Below, piece by piece: positions 7,225-16,349 of a stretch of DNA of 39,726 bases. This DNA comes from a virus. Lineage: Duplodnaviria > Caudoviricetes. Numbering within the stretch: position 1 is the first letter of the stretch; the number at the start of each line of letters is the position of its first letter. Under the pieces are notes generated by a model. It had not been told where the DNA came from. It searched no databases and saw nothing but the letters and a program-made list of their open reading frames with translations. Both the position numbers and the translations under genes were made by a program. The stretch is taken from positions 1 to 39,726 of IMG/VR virus record IMGVR_UViG_3300037461_000129; one strand, given 5' to 3'.

Positions 7225-7875
7225 GTGAGCATTGATGCGACGCGCTGGGCGTGGACGCGAGGCGGGCTGTCGGCAGGGCAAAAGCTGGTGCTGTTGGCGC
7301 TGGCCGACCGCGCGAGCGGAGATGATCTGTGTTGGCCATCGAAGCAGACGCTGGCCGACGACACGGGCCTTGATCGTAAGACGGTGTTCGACGCGATAGC
7401 GGACCTGGAGTCAGCAGGGTTAATTAAGCGGACGGACGAGCGCCGTGGGGCAACCGGGCAGATCGTCGTTTACAGGCTGACCGGCGTAACGCATAGGGTG
7501 GCCGAAACGGAACAGTTCCAAAATCGGAACAGTTCCGAAAACGGGACGGGTAAGCGTCCCGAAAACGGGACGGGTAAGCGTCCCGAAAACGGTACACAGA
7601 ACCTATCAGTAGAACCTACCAGTAGAACTAAGAGGGAGGGGCGTTTCACGCCCCCAACCCCCGACGAGGTGCGTGAGTACGCCAAGTCGATTGACTACCT
7701 GATCCGGGCTGACCTGTTCTGCGACCACTACGCGACCAGCGGTTGGCGTCTGAAGGGCGGTCAGCCGATGAAGGATTGGCGGGCGGCCGTGCGGACCTGG
7801 AAGGCCAGGGACGAGCAGGGGCCTGGGCACAAGGCCGCGCGGCGCGACGACCCGATGCTGGGGGTAATCCTGTGA
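7225..7875 (+). CDS. Phage replication initiator (O-like, N-terminal winged HTH)
   Basis: KLVLLALADRA...CWPSKQTLADDTGL; internal iterons; C-terminal FTPPT...MKDWRAAVRTW. Confidence 0.88.
   Translation: MSIDATRWAWTRGGLSAGQKLVLLALADRASGDDLCWPSKQTLADDTGLDRKTVFDAIADLESAGLIKRTDERRGATGQIVVYRLTGVTHRVAETEQFQNRNSSENGTGKRPENGTGKRPENGTQNLSVEPTSRTKREGRFTPPTPDEVREYAKSIDYLIRADLFCDHYATSGWRLKGGQPMKDWRAAVRTWKARDEQGPGHKAARRDDPMLGVIL
7502..7627. repeat. Replication origin iterons inside the initiator gene
   Basis: Five CCGAAAACGG-like cores at 7502, 7518, 7535, 7559 and 7583, including an exact 24-bp tandem (7535-7582). These are followed by AGAACCTA(T/C)CAGT repeats. Confidence 0.8.
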
Positions 7876-8837
7876 GGCTGACCGCGACGGACATCGAGCG
7901 CCTGGATGCCGAGCAGGCAGCGGCCGAGGAACTGGCGCGCCTAGTGTCGACCGCTGACCTCGCCGATGGGGTGGCCGACGACACGCAAGCGGTGGGGGCG
8001 AGGATGCCATGGCCATCGCTCGACGGCCTGCTGGAACTGCGCCCTGGCGAGCTGACCGTCTGGGGCGGCGAGTCCGGCTCGGGCAAGAGCCTGCTGCTTG
8101 GCCAGGTCATGGCGTGGCTGCTGCCGCGCGGGCACAGCATCGTGATAGCGAGCCTGGAGATGCGGCTCGTGGAAACGCTGCGGCGCATGGCGAATCAGAT
8201 GGCCGGTTGTATGGCGTCTGCAGACTTTCGGCGGCAACTGTGCGCGTGGGCGGACGGCAGGCTCTGGCTGTACGACGAGATCGACACCGTGGCGTCGCAT
8301 CGGCTGGTGACGATGGCACGGGTTGCCGCCTCTCGGCTGCGGTGCTCGCATGTCGTCATCGACTCACTGACCAAGGCGGGGGTCGCGCAAGACGGGCAGG
8401 GCTACCTAACAGACCAGACGGCCTTCGTGGACCGCCTACAACACACGGCGAAGCATTACGACGTACACGTTCACTTGGTAGCGCACCTACGCAAGCCGGC
8501 GCAAACACAGGGCGGCAGGCCATCGAAGTTCGACATCCGCGGCGCCTCGCAGATTACGGACCTCGCCGACAACGTGATGCTGGTGAGCCGCAACCATGCC
8601 AAGGAGGAACTAGCGAAGTTGCCGCCCGACGTGCTGGAGGAGCAAGACCGCAAGGTGCTTGAGCAGCCGGACGCATGGCTGGACATTGCCAAACAGCGTC
8701 ACACCGGCTGGGAGGGGCGTGTCGGCTTGGACTTCCATGCGCCGAGCGGGCAGTTCGTGCGGCACAAGGCCGGGCGGGCGATGCCGTGGCCGGCGGCTGG
8801 TTTCCCGGCGCCGTGGCAACTGGAGGCCGTCGCATGA
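7872..8837 (+). CDS. DnaB / T7 gp4-like SF4 replicative helicase
   Basis: Walker A GESGSGKS, SLEM, VVIDSL, HLVAHLRK, DIRGASQITDLAD, IAKQR. Confidence 0.92.
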   Translation: MRLTATDIERLDAEQAAAEELARLVSTADLADGVADDTQAVGARMPWPSLDGLLELRPGELTVWGGESGSGKSLLLGQVMAWLLPRGHSIVIASLEMRLVETLRRMANQMAGCMASADFRRQLCAWADGRLWLYDEIDTVASHRLVTMARVAASRLRCSHVVIDSLTKAGVAQDGQGYLTDQTAFVDRLQHTAKHYDVHVHLVAHLRKPAQTQGGRPSKFDIRGASQITDLADNVMLVSRNHAKEELAKLPPDVLEEQDRKVLEQPDAWLDIAKQRHTGWEGRVGLDFHAPSGQFVRHKAGRAMPWPAAGFPAPWQLEAVA

Positions 8838-9232
8838 ACGACCTGAGCATGATCGACCTCCCCTGGCCGCCGTCCACGAATGCGCTGTACCGCTCGGTGC
8901 AGATCCACGGCAGACCGCGCGTCCTGCTGTCCAAGGAGGCGCGGGACTACCACGCCATGGTCCGCCGCCGGGTGCAGATCGAGCACTTCCCGGAGTTTGG
9001 CGACATGGACCGGCTCGAAGTCGTCATCCACGCCCGGCCGCCGGACCGGCGCAAACGTGATATCGACAATCTGCTCAAAATCACACTTGACGCGCTCGTG
9101 AAGGGCGGCGCGATCCCGGACGACGGCCAGATCGACAAGCTCGCCATCGTCCGCGGCGAGCCGATCAAGGGCGGCGCCCTGACGGTAGGCGTTGCCAACA
9201 TTGCAACCGGACCCAAGGAGGCCGCCATATGA
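8834..9232 (+). CDS. rusA: RusA Holliday junction resolvase
   Basis: LPWPPSTN, PPDRRKRDIDNLLKITLDAL, DDGQID. Confidence 0.95.
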   Translation: MNDLSMIDLPWPPSTNALYRSVQIHGRPRVLLSKEARDYHAMVRRRVQIEHFPEFGDMDRLEVVIHARPPDRRKRDIDNLLKITLDALVKGGAIPDDGQIDKLAIVRGEPIKGGALTVGVANIATGPKEAAI

Positions 9233-9708
9233 TCGTTGAAACAAAGGCCGCCAGCATCGACACGATGGCAGTGACCATCCAAGCCCTGCACGTCAGCGGC
9301 AAGCAGATGACGCTAGCGGTGTTCAGGCAGCTACCAATAATGCGAGAAGGGGCAGAAGCAGTGCCATGGGGCATCGTGAGGTATGCGATCAAGGACGAAG
9401 GCGACCTTTGGCTAGTGTTTTCAGATGACGGGCGACTGTACCGGCGGGCCCTTGATCTCAGCTTTCCTTGGATAAGTAAATCGGCAATCCACGACGCGGA
9501 AAAAAAATTGCAACAAGCGGTTAACGGCCTGCAACACAGGCAGCGGCTTGGCATGGCAACAGACAGGTGGGAGAAGGATGTTGAAGAAGCTCAAGAATGG
9601 CTGGTCAGGGCGCGCCAAGATTATGACGAGGAAACAGCCTGGGGAATTGACCGCTTTCGCGCAGAGAGTCGGCTTGCAGAGCTGCCGCAGTTGTTCATCG
9701 CAGTATGA
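9229..9708 (+). CDS. Hypothetical protein
   Basis: 159 aa with AAGGAGG RBS and ATGA overlaps at both ends; visibly lower GC than its neighbours. Confidence 0.8.
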   Translation: MIVETKAASIDTMAVTIQALHVSGKQMTLAVFRQLPIMREGAEAVPWGIVRYAIKDEGDLWLVFSDDGRLYRRALDLSFPWISKSAIHDAEKKLQQAVNGLQHRQRLGMATDRWEKDVEEAQEWLVRARQDYDEETAWGIDRFRAESRLAELPQLFIAV

Positions 9709-10088
9709 TCCGCGCCCTCGACATCCTGCTCACCGACTGGGGCGCCTGGTGCCGCCAACTGCACCGCTCCTGCCTGAGCTACCCGGCGAGAACCGCTGAG
9801 AGCCGCGCAGGGGAGGGCAGGGCGCCGGGGGCTACCAGAACCCTAGTCCCGGACGTGCTCGTCCCTGAGCGGCTGCTAGGCCTCGACAGGGCCATCCGTG
9901 ACATGCCGGCGACGCTCAAGACGGCGATCCAAGTGCGCTACCTGGAGGATCTCGGCCGCGAGGAGCAGGAACTGCTCTGGCGCGAGCGGGCGCGGCAAGG
10001 CCGGCGGCAGTACTACACCCGCCTGGAGTGCGCTCACTGGTGGCTCGCCGGCCGGCTAGGGGCAAAAAAAGTGGACGATATGCATTGA
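9705..10088 (+). CDS. Putative late antiterminator (Q-like)
   Basis: LLTDWGAW start and YYTRLECAHWWL end resemble Q-type proteins; last early gene before the late promoter/terminator. Confidence 0.65.
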   Translation: MIRALDILLTDWGAWCRQLHRSCLSYPARTAESRAGEGRAPGATRTLVPDVLVPERLLGLDRAIRDMPATLKTAIQVRYLEDLGREEQELLWRERARQGRRQYYTRLECAHWWLAGRLGAKKVDDMH

Positions 10089-10112
10089 CACAGCAGCGGT
10101 CGCGTGTATACT
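10085..10112 (+). promoter_or_regulatory. Near-consensus sigma70 promoter
   Basis: TTGACA-16-TATACT. Confidence 0.8.
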
Positions 10113-10155
10113 AACCATCAAGAGATCAGGACACGCCACAAACCGGAGAGCAGAC

Positions 10156-10305
10156 ATGACGAGATTTTGCAGCCGCGAAGACTACGAAACGATGGCAGAC
10201 GTTGAAAACGCTTATCCAGGCGCGGCAGATATCGCCGAAGTCGAAGAAGGATGGATGGTATTCGACACGATTGATGAAGCAGACACATGGGCGCGCCAGG
10301 TCTAG
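10156..10305 (+). CDS. Small acidic protein (49 aa, not in ORF track)
   Basis: GGAGAG RBS; MTRFCSREDYETMADVENAYPGAADIAEVEEGWMVFDTIDEADTWARQV. Confidence 0.75.
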   Translation: MTRFCSREDYETMADVENAYPGAADIAEVEEGWMVFDTIDEADTWARQV

Positions 10306-10350
10306 GCCAAAAAATTAACAACCCCCAGGCCATCCAAAAGGAGAACAAAA

Positions 10351-10431
10351 ATGTCGTACGAGTGGGCTGGGTCAGAGGAGGACTACAAAGGTGAAGGGAC
10401 CATGCGGGCCAGATTCGCATGGCAAGAGTGA
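10351..10431 (+). CDS. 26-aa peptide
   Basis: Strong AAGGAG RBS; MSYEWAGSEEDYKGEGTMRARFAWQE. Confidence 0.45.
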   Translation: MSYEWAGSEEDYKGEGTMRARFAWQE

Positions 10432-10612
10432 AGCCGGCGCGGCCCTATCCGCCCTCCGCCGGAGAGCGCAGATCGTGTGCGCTGTCTGCGGCACCTCCTT
10501 TACCGCGCTGCGCACGGCGCGGTACTGCTCTAACCGCTGTCGGCAGGCCGCCAAGTACGCCAGGAGCAAGCAGTTCAACGTGAAACAACCAGAGAACGAA
10601 CTGCCATCTTGA
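10391..10612 (+). CDS. Small basic zinc-finger protein (start uncertain)
   Basis: CAVCG...YCSNRCRQAAKYAR. Confidence 0.65.
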   Translation: MKGPCGPDSHGKSEAGAALSALRRRAQIVCAVCGTSFTALRTARYCSNRCRQAAKYARSKQFNVKQPENELPS

Positions 10613-10636
10613 CAGTGCGCACAAAACTGCTACCTT
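10609..10636 (+). promoter_or_regulatory. Putative late promoter (pR'-like)
   Basis: TTGACA-16-TACCTT with extended -10 TG; a terminator follows about 70 nt later. Confidence 0.65.
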
Positions 10637-10706
10637 GTCGCTAATCAGGAAAGTTGCCACCACAACCGACTGATTCTCTTCGATCACCCTCCGATGAGAG
10701 CCGATT

Positions 10707-10731
10707 AGCCCGCCCCGTGCGGGCTTTCTTT
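10707..10731 (+). terminator. Intrinsic terminator (tR'-like)
   Basis: AGCCCGC-CCCGT-GCGGGCT then TTCTTT. Confidence 0.8.
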
Positions 10732-10797
10732 CGTCGGGAACATGACAAAATGGCACCTGACAATTTGTCAGGCAAGTCAAAAAGTTGACGAACAGAA

Positions 10798-11022
10798 ATG
10801 GCAGCCCGTCCCGGACCAAACAAACTGTCGGTCAACGCCCGCGATGCGCTGTGGAAGGTGTTCCACGACATCGGCGGCACCAAGCGCATGGGATCGTGGG
10901 CCGATGAGAACCCGGGCGAGTTCTACAAGCTGTTCTCGCGCCTCGTCCCGACTCAGGTGACCGGTGAGGAAGGCGGGCCGGTCAAGATCACCGTCGAATG
11001 GCAACAGTCGAGCGGGTCGTAA
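10798..11022 (+). CDS. terS: Terminase small subunit
   Basis: PNK...IGG...WADENPGEFYKLFSRLVP...GEEGGPV; overlaps terL. Confidence 0.75.
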   Translation: MAARPGPNKLSVNARDALWKVFHDIGGTKRMGSWADENPGEFYKLFSRLVPTQVTGEEGGPVKITVEWQQSSGS

Positions 11023-12272
11023 TCCCCTACGCGCCGCGGCCACTGCAGCGCGAGCTGCACGACAACCGCGGGCGCTTTGCCGTCATCGTCTGCCACCGCC
11101 GCTGGGGCAAGACCGTCTGGGCAATCAACGAGCTGATAAAGTCGGCGATAACCTGCACCCGCGAGGCGCCGCGCTTCGCCTACGTCGCGCCGCTGTATCG
11201 GCAGGCCAAGGCCGTCGCCTGGGACTACCTCAAGCGGTTCACGGACCCGATCCCCGGCCGGGTGTACAACGAGGCCGAGCTGCGCTGCGACCTACCGACC
11301 GGCGCCCGCATCACCCTGTTCGGCGCCGATAACCCGGACTCCTTGCGCGGCCTGTACCTCGACGGCGTCGTGCTCGACGAGTACGCGCAAATGTCGCCAA
11401 AGGCCTGGACAGAGGTCCTGCGCCCGGCGCTTGCCGACCGCCAGGGCTGGGCCGCCTGGATCGGCACGCCGCAGGGGCACGGGCATTTCTTCGACCTGTA
11501 CGAGCGCGCCGCGAGCCTCGATGGCTGGTCGCGCCACCTGTACAAGGCGAGCGAGACGGGGATCGTCGCCGAGACAGAGCTCAAGGCCGCGCGCCGCGAG
11601 ATGGCGCCAGCCGAGTACGCGCAAGAGTTCGAGTGCTCATGGGCCGCGGCGGTCCCCGGCGCCTATTACGGCGAGCTGATCCAGCAGGCCGAGGAGCAGG
11701 GGCGCGTGACCAAGGTGCCCTATGACCCATCGGCCAAGGTCGAAACCTGGTGGGACCTCGGCGTTGGCGATTCCACGGTCGTCTGGTTCGCGCAGCGCGT
11801 CGGCCACGCCATCCACCTGATCGACTACTACGAAATGACCGGTGTCGGGCTCAGTCACTACGTCCAACACCTCGACAGCAAGGGCTATGTCTACGCCCGC
11901 CATATCGCGCCGCATGACGTGCAAGTACGCGAGCTGGGCACCGGTCAATCTCGCCTGGACATCGCGCGCGGGCTCGGCCTGGAATTCGAAGTAGCGCCGA
12001 AGTTGCCGGTGGACGACGGCATCGCCGCCGTGCGCCAACTGTTGCCGCGCTGCTACTTCGACCGCGAGCGCACGCAGTACGGGCTCGACTGCTTGCGCCA
12101 GTACCGGGCCGAGTACGATGACCGGCTGCGCACCGTGCGGCCCAAGCCGCTGCACGATTGGACGAGCCACGCGGCCGATGCGTTCCGCTACGGCGCCATC
12201 GCCGGGGCGCCACTGGGCGTCAATGCGTGGCGCGACTACGACCCCAGCCGGCTGGCCTACTCCGTCGCATGA
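10998..12272 (+). CDS. terL: Terminase large subunit
   Basis: HRRWGKT Walker A, LRGLYLDGVVLDE Walker B, GTP coupling motif, WDLG and SHAADAFRY nuclease motifs. Confidence 0.97.
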   Translation: MATVERVVIPYAPRPLQRELHDNRGRFAVIVCHRRWGKTVWAINELIKSAITCTREAPRFAYVAPLYRQAKAVAWDYLKRFTDPIPGRVYNEAELRCDLPTGARITLFGADNPDSLRGLYLDGVVLDEYAQMSPKAWTEVLRPALADRQGWAAWIGTPQGHGHFFDLYERAASLDGWSRHLYKASETGIVAETELKAARREMAPAEYAQEFECSWAAAVPGAYYGELIQQAEEQGRVTKVPYDPSAKVETWWDLGVGDSTVVWFAQRVGHAIHLIDYYEMTGVGLSHYVQHLDSKGYVYARHIAPHDVQVRELGTGQSRLDIARGLGLEFEVAPKLPVDDGIAAVRQLLPRCYFDRERTQYGLDCLRQYRAEYDDRLRTVRPKPLHDWTSHAADAFRYGAIAGAPLGVNAWRDYDPSRLAYSVA

Positions 12273-12907
12273 TCTGGCCGGCCGACGATCAGCACGCCCG
12301 CGAGCACATCGAGGGCGGCGTGCCGCTGCTGCTGCAGGCCATCGGCCTGTGTGCCCAGCACCGCCGCGCGATCCAGGCCGGCGGGTGCGTCGGGCTCTAT
12401 CCGCTGCTGCTCGCAGAGCACTTCGCGCGCGTGCACACCTGGGAGCCGTCGCCGGATAACGCGGAGCTGCTGTGCCGCAACCTGGCCGGCATCGGCAACG
12501 TCTATCTGCACGCCGACGCCCTGTCGGACGGCCACGGCACGTATCGGCTGCGGCACACGCCAGGCAACTGCGGCGGCACGCACCTGGAGCCGAGCGCGGC
12601 AGGGGATGTGAGCAGCGCGCGCCTGGACGACTACGCGATGGACGACGTTGACCTGATCCAGCTCGACGTTGAGGGCATGGAGGCAGCCGTGTTGCGCGGT
12701 GCCGAGGCCACCATTGAGCGGTGTCGGCCTGTCGTCATGGTCGAGGTGTATGCGCCCTACAGCGTGCGCGCCGGCTGGCAGGACCCGGTGCCATGGCTTG
12801 AGGCGCGTGGCTATCGCGAGGTAGCACGCAACGACTCCGACCGCGTGCTCATGCACGGTAGCGAGATGGGCGAGCACGGCATGCTCTACGCACTGCAGAG
12901 AGACTGA
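12269..12907 (+). CDS. FkbM-family SAM-dependent methyltransferase
   Basis: AIQAGGCVG, TWEP, RLDD...VDLIQLDVEGMEAAVLRGAEATIERCRPVVMVE. Confidence 0.9.
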   Translation: MIWPADDQHAREHIEGGVPLLLQAIGLCAQHRRAIQAGGCVGLYPLLLAEHFARVHTWEPSPDNAELLCRNLAGIGNVYLHADALSDGHGTYRLRHTPGNCGGTHLEPSAAGDVSSARLDDYAMDDVDLIQLDVEGMEAAVLRGAEATIERCRPVVMVEVYAPYSVRAGWQDPVPWLEARGYREVARNDSDRVLMHGSEMGEHGMLYALQRD

Positions 12908-12909
12908 GA

Positions 12910-15285
12910 ATGGCCAAGACGAAGAAGCTCGACGATGACACGCTGCGCGACCTGACGCAGCGCTATATCGACGCGGCCGCGAGCTTCATCGAGACGGAGA
13001 TTGCGTCCGATCGCGAGAAGGCGCTCCGCTATTACGAGGGCGACAATCCCGACTCGCTGCCGCTGGTCGAAGGCCGCAGCCGCATGGTCGATCCGGTGGT
13101 GCGCGATACCGTCGAGTGGATCATGCCGAGCCTGATGCGCATCTTCGCGGCCGGCGACAAGTGGATTTCCGTCGAGCCGCACGGGCCGGAGGACGCCCAG
13201 AAGGCGCGCGCCACCGAGGCGTGGGTTAACTACGTCACGCAGCGGATGAACCCCGGCTACCTGCTCGACTACCAGTGGATCCGTGACGCCCTGCTCGAAA
13301 AGGTGGGGTGGCAGAAGATCTACTGGGATGTCACTGAGACGCGCGAGAAGGCCGCGTTCCAGGGCGTCACCGCCGAGGAGCTGGAGCTGCTGCGCGCGCA
13401 GCCTGGCGTGGAAATCGAGAGCGAGCAGGCCATGCCGGCCGGCGAGGGCATGGACCTCTATGCCATCGAGGTCAGCGTCGACAAGCGCGAGGCCAACCTG
13501 CGCATCGACACCCTGCCGCCGGAGGAGGTGCTTTACACCGAGGACGCCACCCTCGACCGCGGTTCGTGGTGGTTCATCGCGCACAAGTCGGAGAAGCGCA
13601 TCTCGGAACTGCGCGCGCTCGGGCTCGACGTGGCGGACGACATCAACGGCCCGGAACTGGAGTCGCTGGAGAACGACGAGCGCTTCAGCGACAACGGCGG
13701 GCTGGACCCGGACGACGACGCGCTCACCGACGCCGATCCGTCCTCGCGCAAGGTGTGGCTGTACGAGTGCTACGTCCGCCACGACCTCGACGACGACGGC
13801 AGCGCCGAATGGCTGCAGGTCATGCGCGTGGGCGACGAGATCCTGAGCGTCGAGGAAATCGACGACGTGCCGCTCGTGTGCATCTCGCCCGTGCTGCGCT
13901 CGCACCGCCTCACAGGCTACAGCATCGCGGATCTGTGCCTCGACATGCAGGACTTGAGCACAGCGATCCAGCGCAACATCTACGATCATCTCTATTCGAC
14001 CGTTAGCCCGCGCTCCGAGCTTGACGTCACCGGACTGACGGAGCACACCGTCAAGGACTATCTCGACAACCGGGTTGGCGGCTTCGTGCGCGTGCGCAAG
14101 CCCGGCACCGTCAATCCGCTCGTAACCTCGCCGCTGCCGCCCTACGCCTTCGAGCTGCTGAACCACGTCCAAGCAAAGACCGAGGCGCGAACGGGCGTCA
14201 CCCGCTTCAATCAGGGGCTCTCGCCGGACACCCTCAACAAGACGGCGACCGGGACCAGCCTCGTCATGCAGGCCGCGAATGCGCGCCTGGAACTGATCGC
14301 GCGCAACCTGGCCGAGACGGGCTTTCGCGAGCGCGTGCGGCAGATCATCCGCTTGTCGGCCGCGCACCCGGAGTATCTCGCACAGCGCACGATTCAGCTC
14401 TCCGGCGTGCCGCTGCAACTGACGGCCAACGATCTGGTGTCGTCTTACGATCTGGTCATCAACACCGGCATCGGCACCGGCAACCGGGAGACACAGATGC
14501 AGCACATGGCCATGCTGCTGCAGTCCTACCAGATGCTGGCGCAGGCCGGCGCCGGGCCGGGCTCGCAGAATCCGGTGTTCAGTACGGTGAACCTGTACAA
14601 CGCGCTGGCCGAGTCGCTCAAGCTCGCCGGTTATCGCAACACGGCTGACTTCCTGATTGATCCGCAGAACCCCAACGCGCCGCGCGATCCGCCGGCCCCA
14701 CCGCCGGGACCGAGCGTCGAGCAGATCCTCGCGCAGGCCGAGACGCAAAAGGCGCAGGTCTCCGCCATGAAGGCACAGGCAGAGGCGCAGATCGACGGGC
14801 AGCGCGCGCAGCTCGACATGGCCAAGGCGCAGCAGTCGGCGCAGCTGGAGGTGGCCAGGCTTCAGCTTGAGCAGCAGAAGTTGGCGCTGGCCGAGCGCGA
14901 GCTTGCTTTGCGCGAGTACGAGATGCGCGCGACGACGAATGCCAAGCTCATGGAGGCGCAGGCCGGCTCGGACGAGAAGTCCGTGGCCGCAGTGGTGGAC
15001 TTCGAGCGCGAGCTGTTCGACCGCGGGCTGAAGGAACGCGAGCTGGCGCTCAAGGAGCGCGAGGCGCAGGCCAAGATGCTGACGCTGCAGCCGTTCGACG
15101 TGGGCGCTGAGCCGGTAGTGCAGCAGATCGCGCAGCAGTTGCAGGTCCTCACCGAGATGGTGGCCAAGCTGGCCGCGCCGAAGGTCATCGAGCGCGACGC
15201 CATGGGCCGCGCGGTGAGCGTCAACGGCGCGCCGGTCGTGCGTGACGACGCAGGCCTGATCCGCGCCATCGGGAGTGCGGCATGA
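12910..15285 (+). CDS. Portal protein with long C-terminal coiled coil
   Basis: REKALRYYEG, GRSRMVDPVVRDTVEWIMPSLMRIF, RTGVTRFNQG...NKTATG; position after the terminase. Confidence 0.93.
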   Translation: MAKTKKLDDDTLRDLTQRYIDAAASFIETEIASDREKALRYYEGDNPDSLPLVEGRSRMVDPVVRDTVEWIMPSLMRIFAAGDKWISVEPHGPEDAQKARATEAWVNYVTQRMNPGYLLDYQWIRDALLEKVGWQKIYWDVTETREKAAFQGVTAEELELLRAQPGVEIESEQAMPAGEGMDLYAIEVSVDKREANLRIDTLPPEEVLYTEDATLDRGSWWFIAHKSEKRISELRALGLDVADDINGPELESLENDERFSDNGGLDPDDDALTDADPSSRKVWLYECYVRHDLDDDGSAEWLQVMRVGDEILSVEEIDDVPLVCISPVLRSHRLTGYSIADLCLDMQDLSTAIQRNIYDHLYSTVSPRSELDVTGLTEHTVKDYLDNRVGGFVRVRKPGTVNPLVTSPLPPYAFELLNHVQAKTEARTGVTRFNQGLSPDTLNKTATGTSLVMQAANARLELIARNLAETGFRERVRQIIRLSAAHPEYLAQRTIQLSGVPLQLTANDLVSSYDLVINTGIGTGNRETQMQHMAMLLQSYQMLAQAGAGPGSQNPVFSTVNLYNALAESLKLAGYRNTADFLIDPQNPNAPRDPPAPPPGPSVEQILAQAETQKAQVSAMKAQAEAQIDGQRAQLDMAKAQQSAQLEVARLQLEQQKLALAERELALREYEMRATTNAKLMEAQAGSDEKSVAAVVDFERELFDRGLKERELALKEREAQAKMLTLQPFDVGAEPVVQQIAQQLQVLTEMVAKLAAPKVIERDAMGRAVSVNGAPVVRDDAGLIRAIGSAA

Positions 15286-15458
15286 ACGCGGCGCCGATGG
15301 CGATCCCCAAGGTGCGTGGCTTCGTGCTGGTGGTAGCGCGCGATGGCCGGGTGAAGGTCGACGACTGGAACAGCCTGACGGCGGACGAGCAGCGGCAGAT
15401 TGCCGAGTATGTGGTAGCCCACTATCCGAGAGGACACGAGCATGGGTGTAACGCTTGA
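15282..15458 (+). CDS. Hypothetical protein (58 aa, not in ORF track)
   Basis: ATGA overlap with portal; MNAAPMAIPKVRGFVLVVARDG... Confidence 0.55.
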   Translation: MNAAPMAIPKVRGFVLVVARDGRVKVDDWNSLTADEQRQIAEYVVAHYPRGHEHGCNA

Positions 15459-15834
15459 GACGGTCGCACGCAACGCGGCCTGTAATGCGGTGGTCGACTT
15501 GTGCGATGCGGGCAGCGGCGCCGGCAAGCTGCAGATCAAGACCAGCGCTGGAACCAGCACGTTCGACAACGGCCGGGTGGCGACGCTGACGTTCAGCGAC
15601 CCAGCGTTTGGCAATGCATCAACGGGCGTGGCGACGGCGAGCGCCATTACCAGCGACACCAACGCGGCGGCAGGGACCGCGGCCAAGGCGTATTTCTACG
15701 ACAGCGACAACACGCCCATCCTGTCGTGCGCAGTGGGCACCAGCGGCAGCGACATCAACTTGTCGAGCGTGAGCATCGGCTCAGGCGACACGGTGTCGAT
15801 ATCGTCGCTCACTGTCACCATGCCGGCGAGCTGA
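15442..15834 (+). CDS. Putative virion structural / decoration protein
   Basis: GAGG RBS; Ser/Thr/Gly-rich beta-type protein in the late operon. Confidence 0.75.
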   Translation: MGVTLETVARNAACNAVVDLCDAGSGAGKLQIKTSAGTSTFDNGRVATLTFSDPAFGNASTGVATASAITSDTNAAAGTAAKAYFYDSDNTPILSCAVGTSGSDINLSSVSIGSGDTVSISSLTVTMPAS

Positions 15835-15839
15835 CGGCG

Positions 15840-15893
15840 ATGGCGTGCAAGGGCAAGAAGGGCAAGGGCAAGCGGCCCGCGCCGCGCAAGTGA
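15840..15893 (+). CDS. 17-aa highly basic peptide
   Basis: MACKGKKGKGKRPAPRK fills the intergenic gap. Confidence 0.45.
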   Translation: MACKGKKGKGKRPAPRK

Positions 15894-15911
15894 CGTAAGA
15901 GGAGCCGCCAT

Positions 15912-16346
15912 GTGGGCATCGCCGCAGTCCTCGACAAGGCCGGTCCGGCCCTCGCCACCGGCATCGTCCTGGCACTTCTCACGGGCTCAGCGTCAGTTGT
16001 TGTGGCTTGGCGTGACCTTGCTAGTGCTAGCGCAGTGCGCTTTGGCTATGTCACTGCCGAGCTTGAGCGCCTACGCGCCGACCTTGAGGGTTTCCGGGCT
16101 CCAGGCGGTCGCTTCACCGCACACGACGGCGACCGCCACTGGCAGCGCATGGACGACCTCGACAAGCGGCTCCGAGAGCAGGAAATGAGACCGCCGCGGC
16201 TCAATCCTGCGCTCGACGGCCTGCAAGCCAAGGTGGCGGAACTGGAGCGCGCTGTGGACCGGCTGGAGGACCGCGCCTTGCAGATCAAGGAGGAGCAGCA
16301 GCGGTTGTGCGACCGGCTGGCGGCGTGCAAGGAGCCGCGTCGGTGA
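15912..16346 (+). CDS. Membrane-anchored coiled-coil protein (possibly lysis-associated)
   Basis: GAGGAG RBS; N-terminal hydrophobic helix followed by heptad-rich region. Confidence 0.7.
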   Translation: MGIAAVLDKAGPALATGIVLALLTGSASVVVAWRDLASASAVRFGYVTAELERLRADLEGFRAPGGRFTAHDGDRHWQRMDDLDKRLREQEMRPPRLNPALDGLQAKVAELERAVDRLEDRALQIKEEQQRLCDRLAACKEPRR

Positions 16347-16349
16347 CCG

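Noticed and set aside
7054-7228. Possible small ORFs between the cro region and the initiator
   Set aside because: Several short competing frames, none with convincing support.
7502-7595. Tandem repeats as a CRISPR array
   Set aside because: There are no unique spacers, and the repeats lie inside the replication initiator, as expected for iterons.
4859-9232. Recurrent GGAGGCCGC..ATGA gene ends (KEAA/EAVA) as a repeat family
   Set aside because: They are ordinary RBS plus stop/start coupling, short and not extended like the 26-bp repeats.
12886-14748. Long antisense ORFs (also 3882-5114, 25249-26748, 26836-27864, 32041-33531)
   Set aside because: These are shadow frames of well-supported genes in high-GC DNA, with no motifs or RBS.
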